DNA of 62,256 bases, filler included, from Dugesia japonica (Eukaryota): the NCBI GenBank assembly GCA_001938525.1. It is 6 parts of 6 records of this genome, joined end to end, with 100 filler letters (N's around TTAATTAATTAA, not from the genome) between each part and the next. Parts side by side here need not be neighbours in the genome. Positions count along the whole stretch, not along the records: positions 53,078 to 62,256 come from MQRL01609014.1; 5 more parts are not named here. One strand, written 5' to 3'. Below are positions 62,193 through 62,256 of the stretch, in pieces. Position 1 is the stretch's first letter. Each line of letters begins with the position of its first letter. The notes below the pieces were generated by a model that saw only the letters and a list, made by a program, of their open reading frames with translations, ran no database searches and had not been told where the DNA came from. The position numbers were made by a program, and so were the translations under genes.

Positions 62193-62256
<64 letters not shown>
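62187..62256. repeat. (TTA)n microsatellite
   Basis: Directly visible. Confidence 0.97.

Noticed and set aside
1-62256. tRNA/rRNA genes
   Set aside because: Only PBS-length tRNA complements seen; no cloverleaf or rRNA sequence recognised

Overview
Very AT-rich, repeat-dominated eukaryotic (animal) DNA; the composition, repeat types and short introns resemble a planarian-type genome (inference only). Five artificial N44-TTAATTAATTAA-N44-type spacers join six ~9-14 kb contigs, so adjacency across them is not biological. Host genes: 3' exons of an Mx/dynamin GTPase, 5' exons of an M6/proteolipid gene, a CHMP3/VPS24 exon and a RING-TRAF pseudogene. The rest is decayed mobile DNA: many Ty3/Gypsy fragments, Polinton/Maverick genes and termini (pPolB, two packaging ATPases, penton), Tc1/mariner remnants, an RLE-type LINE end, MITEs and satellites. 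Main candidates for novelty: (1) a Gypsy-type element at 19586-28460 (-) with the order LTR-PBS-gag-[AT-hooks, Ubl-like, Bcl-2-like]-chuvirus-like class III env-protease-3xCCHC-protease-RT, i.e. env between gag and pol and preceded by a putative viral-type Bcl-2 domain; (2) an intronless TBP-like gene divergently adjacent to a Polinton packaging ATPase; (3) a second gag element carrying tandem ubiquitin-like domains. All protein calls are by-eye motif recognition, not database hits.
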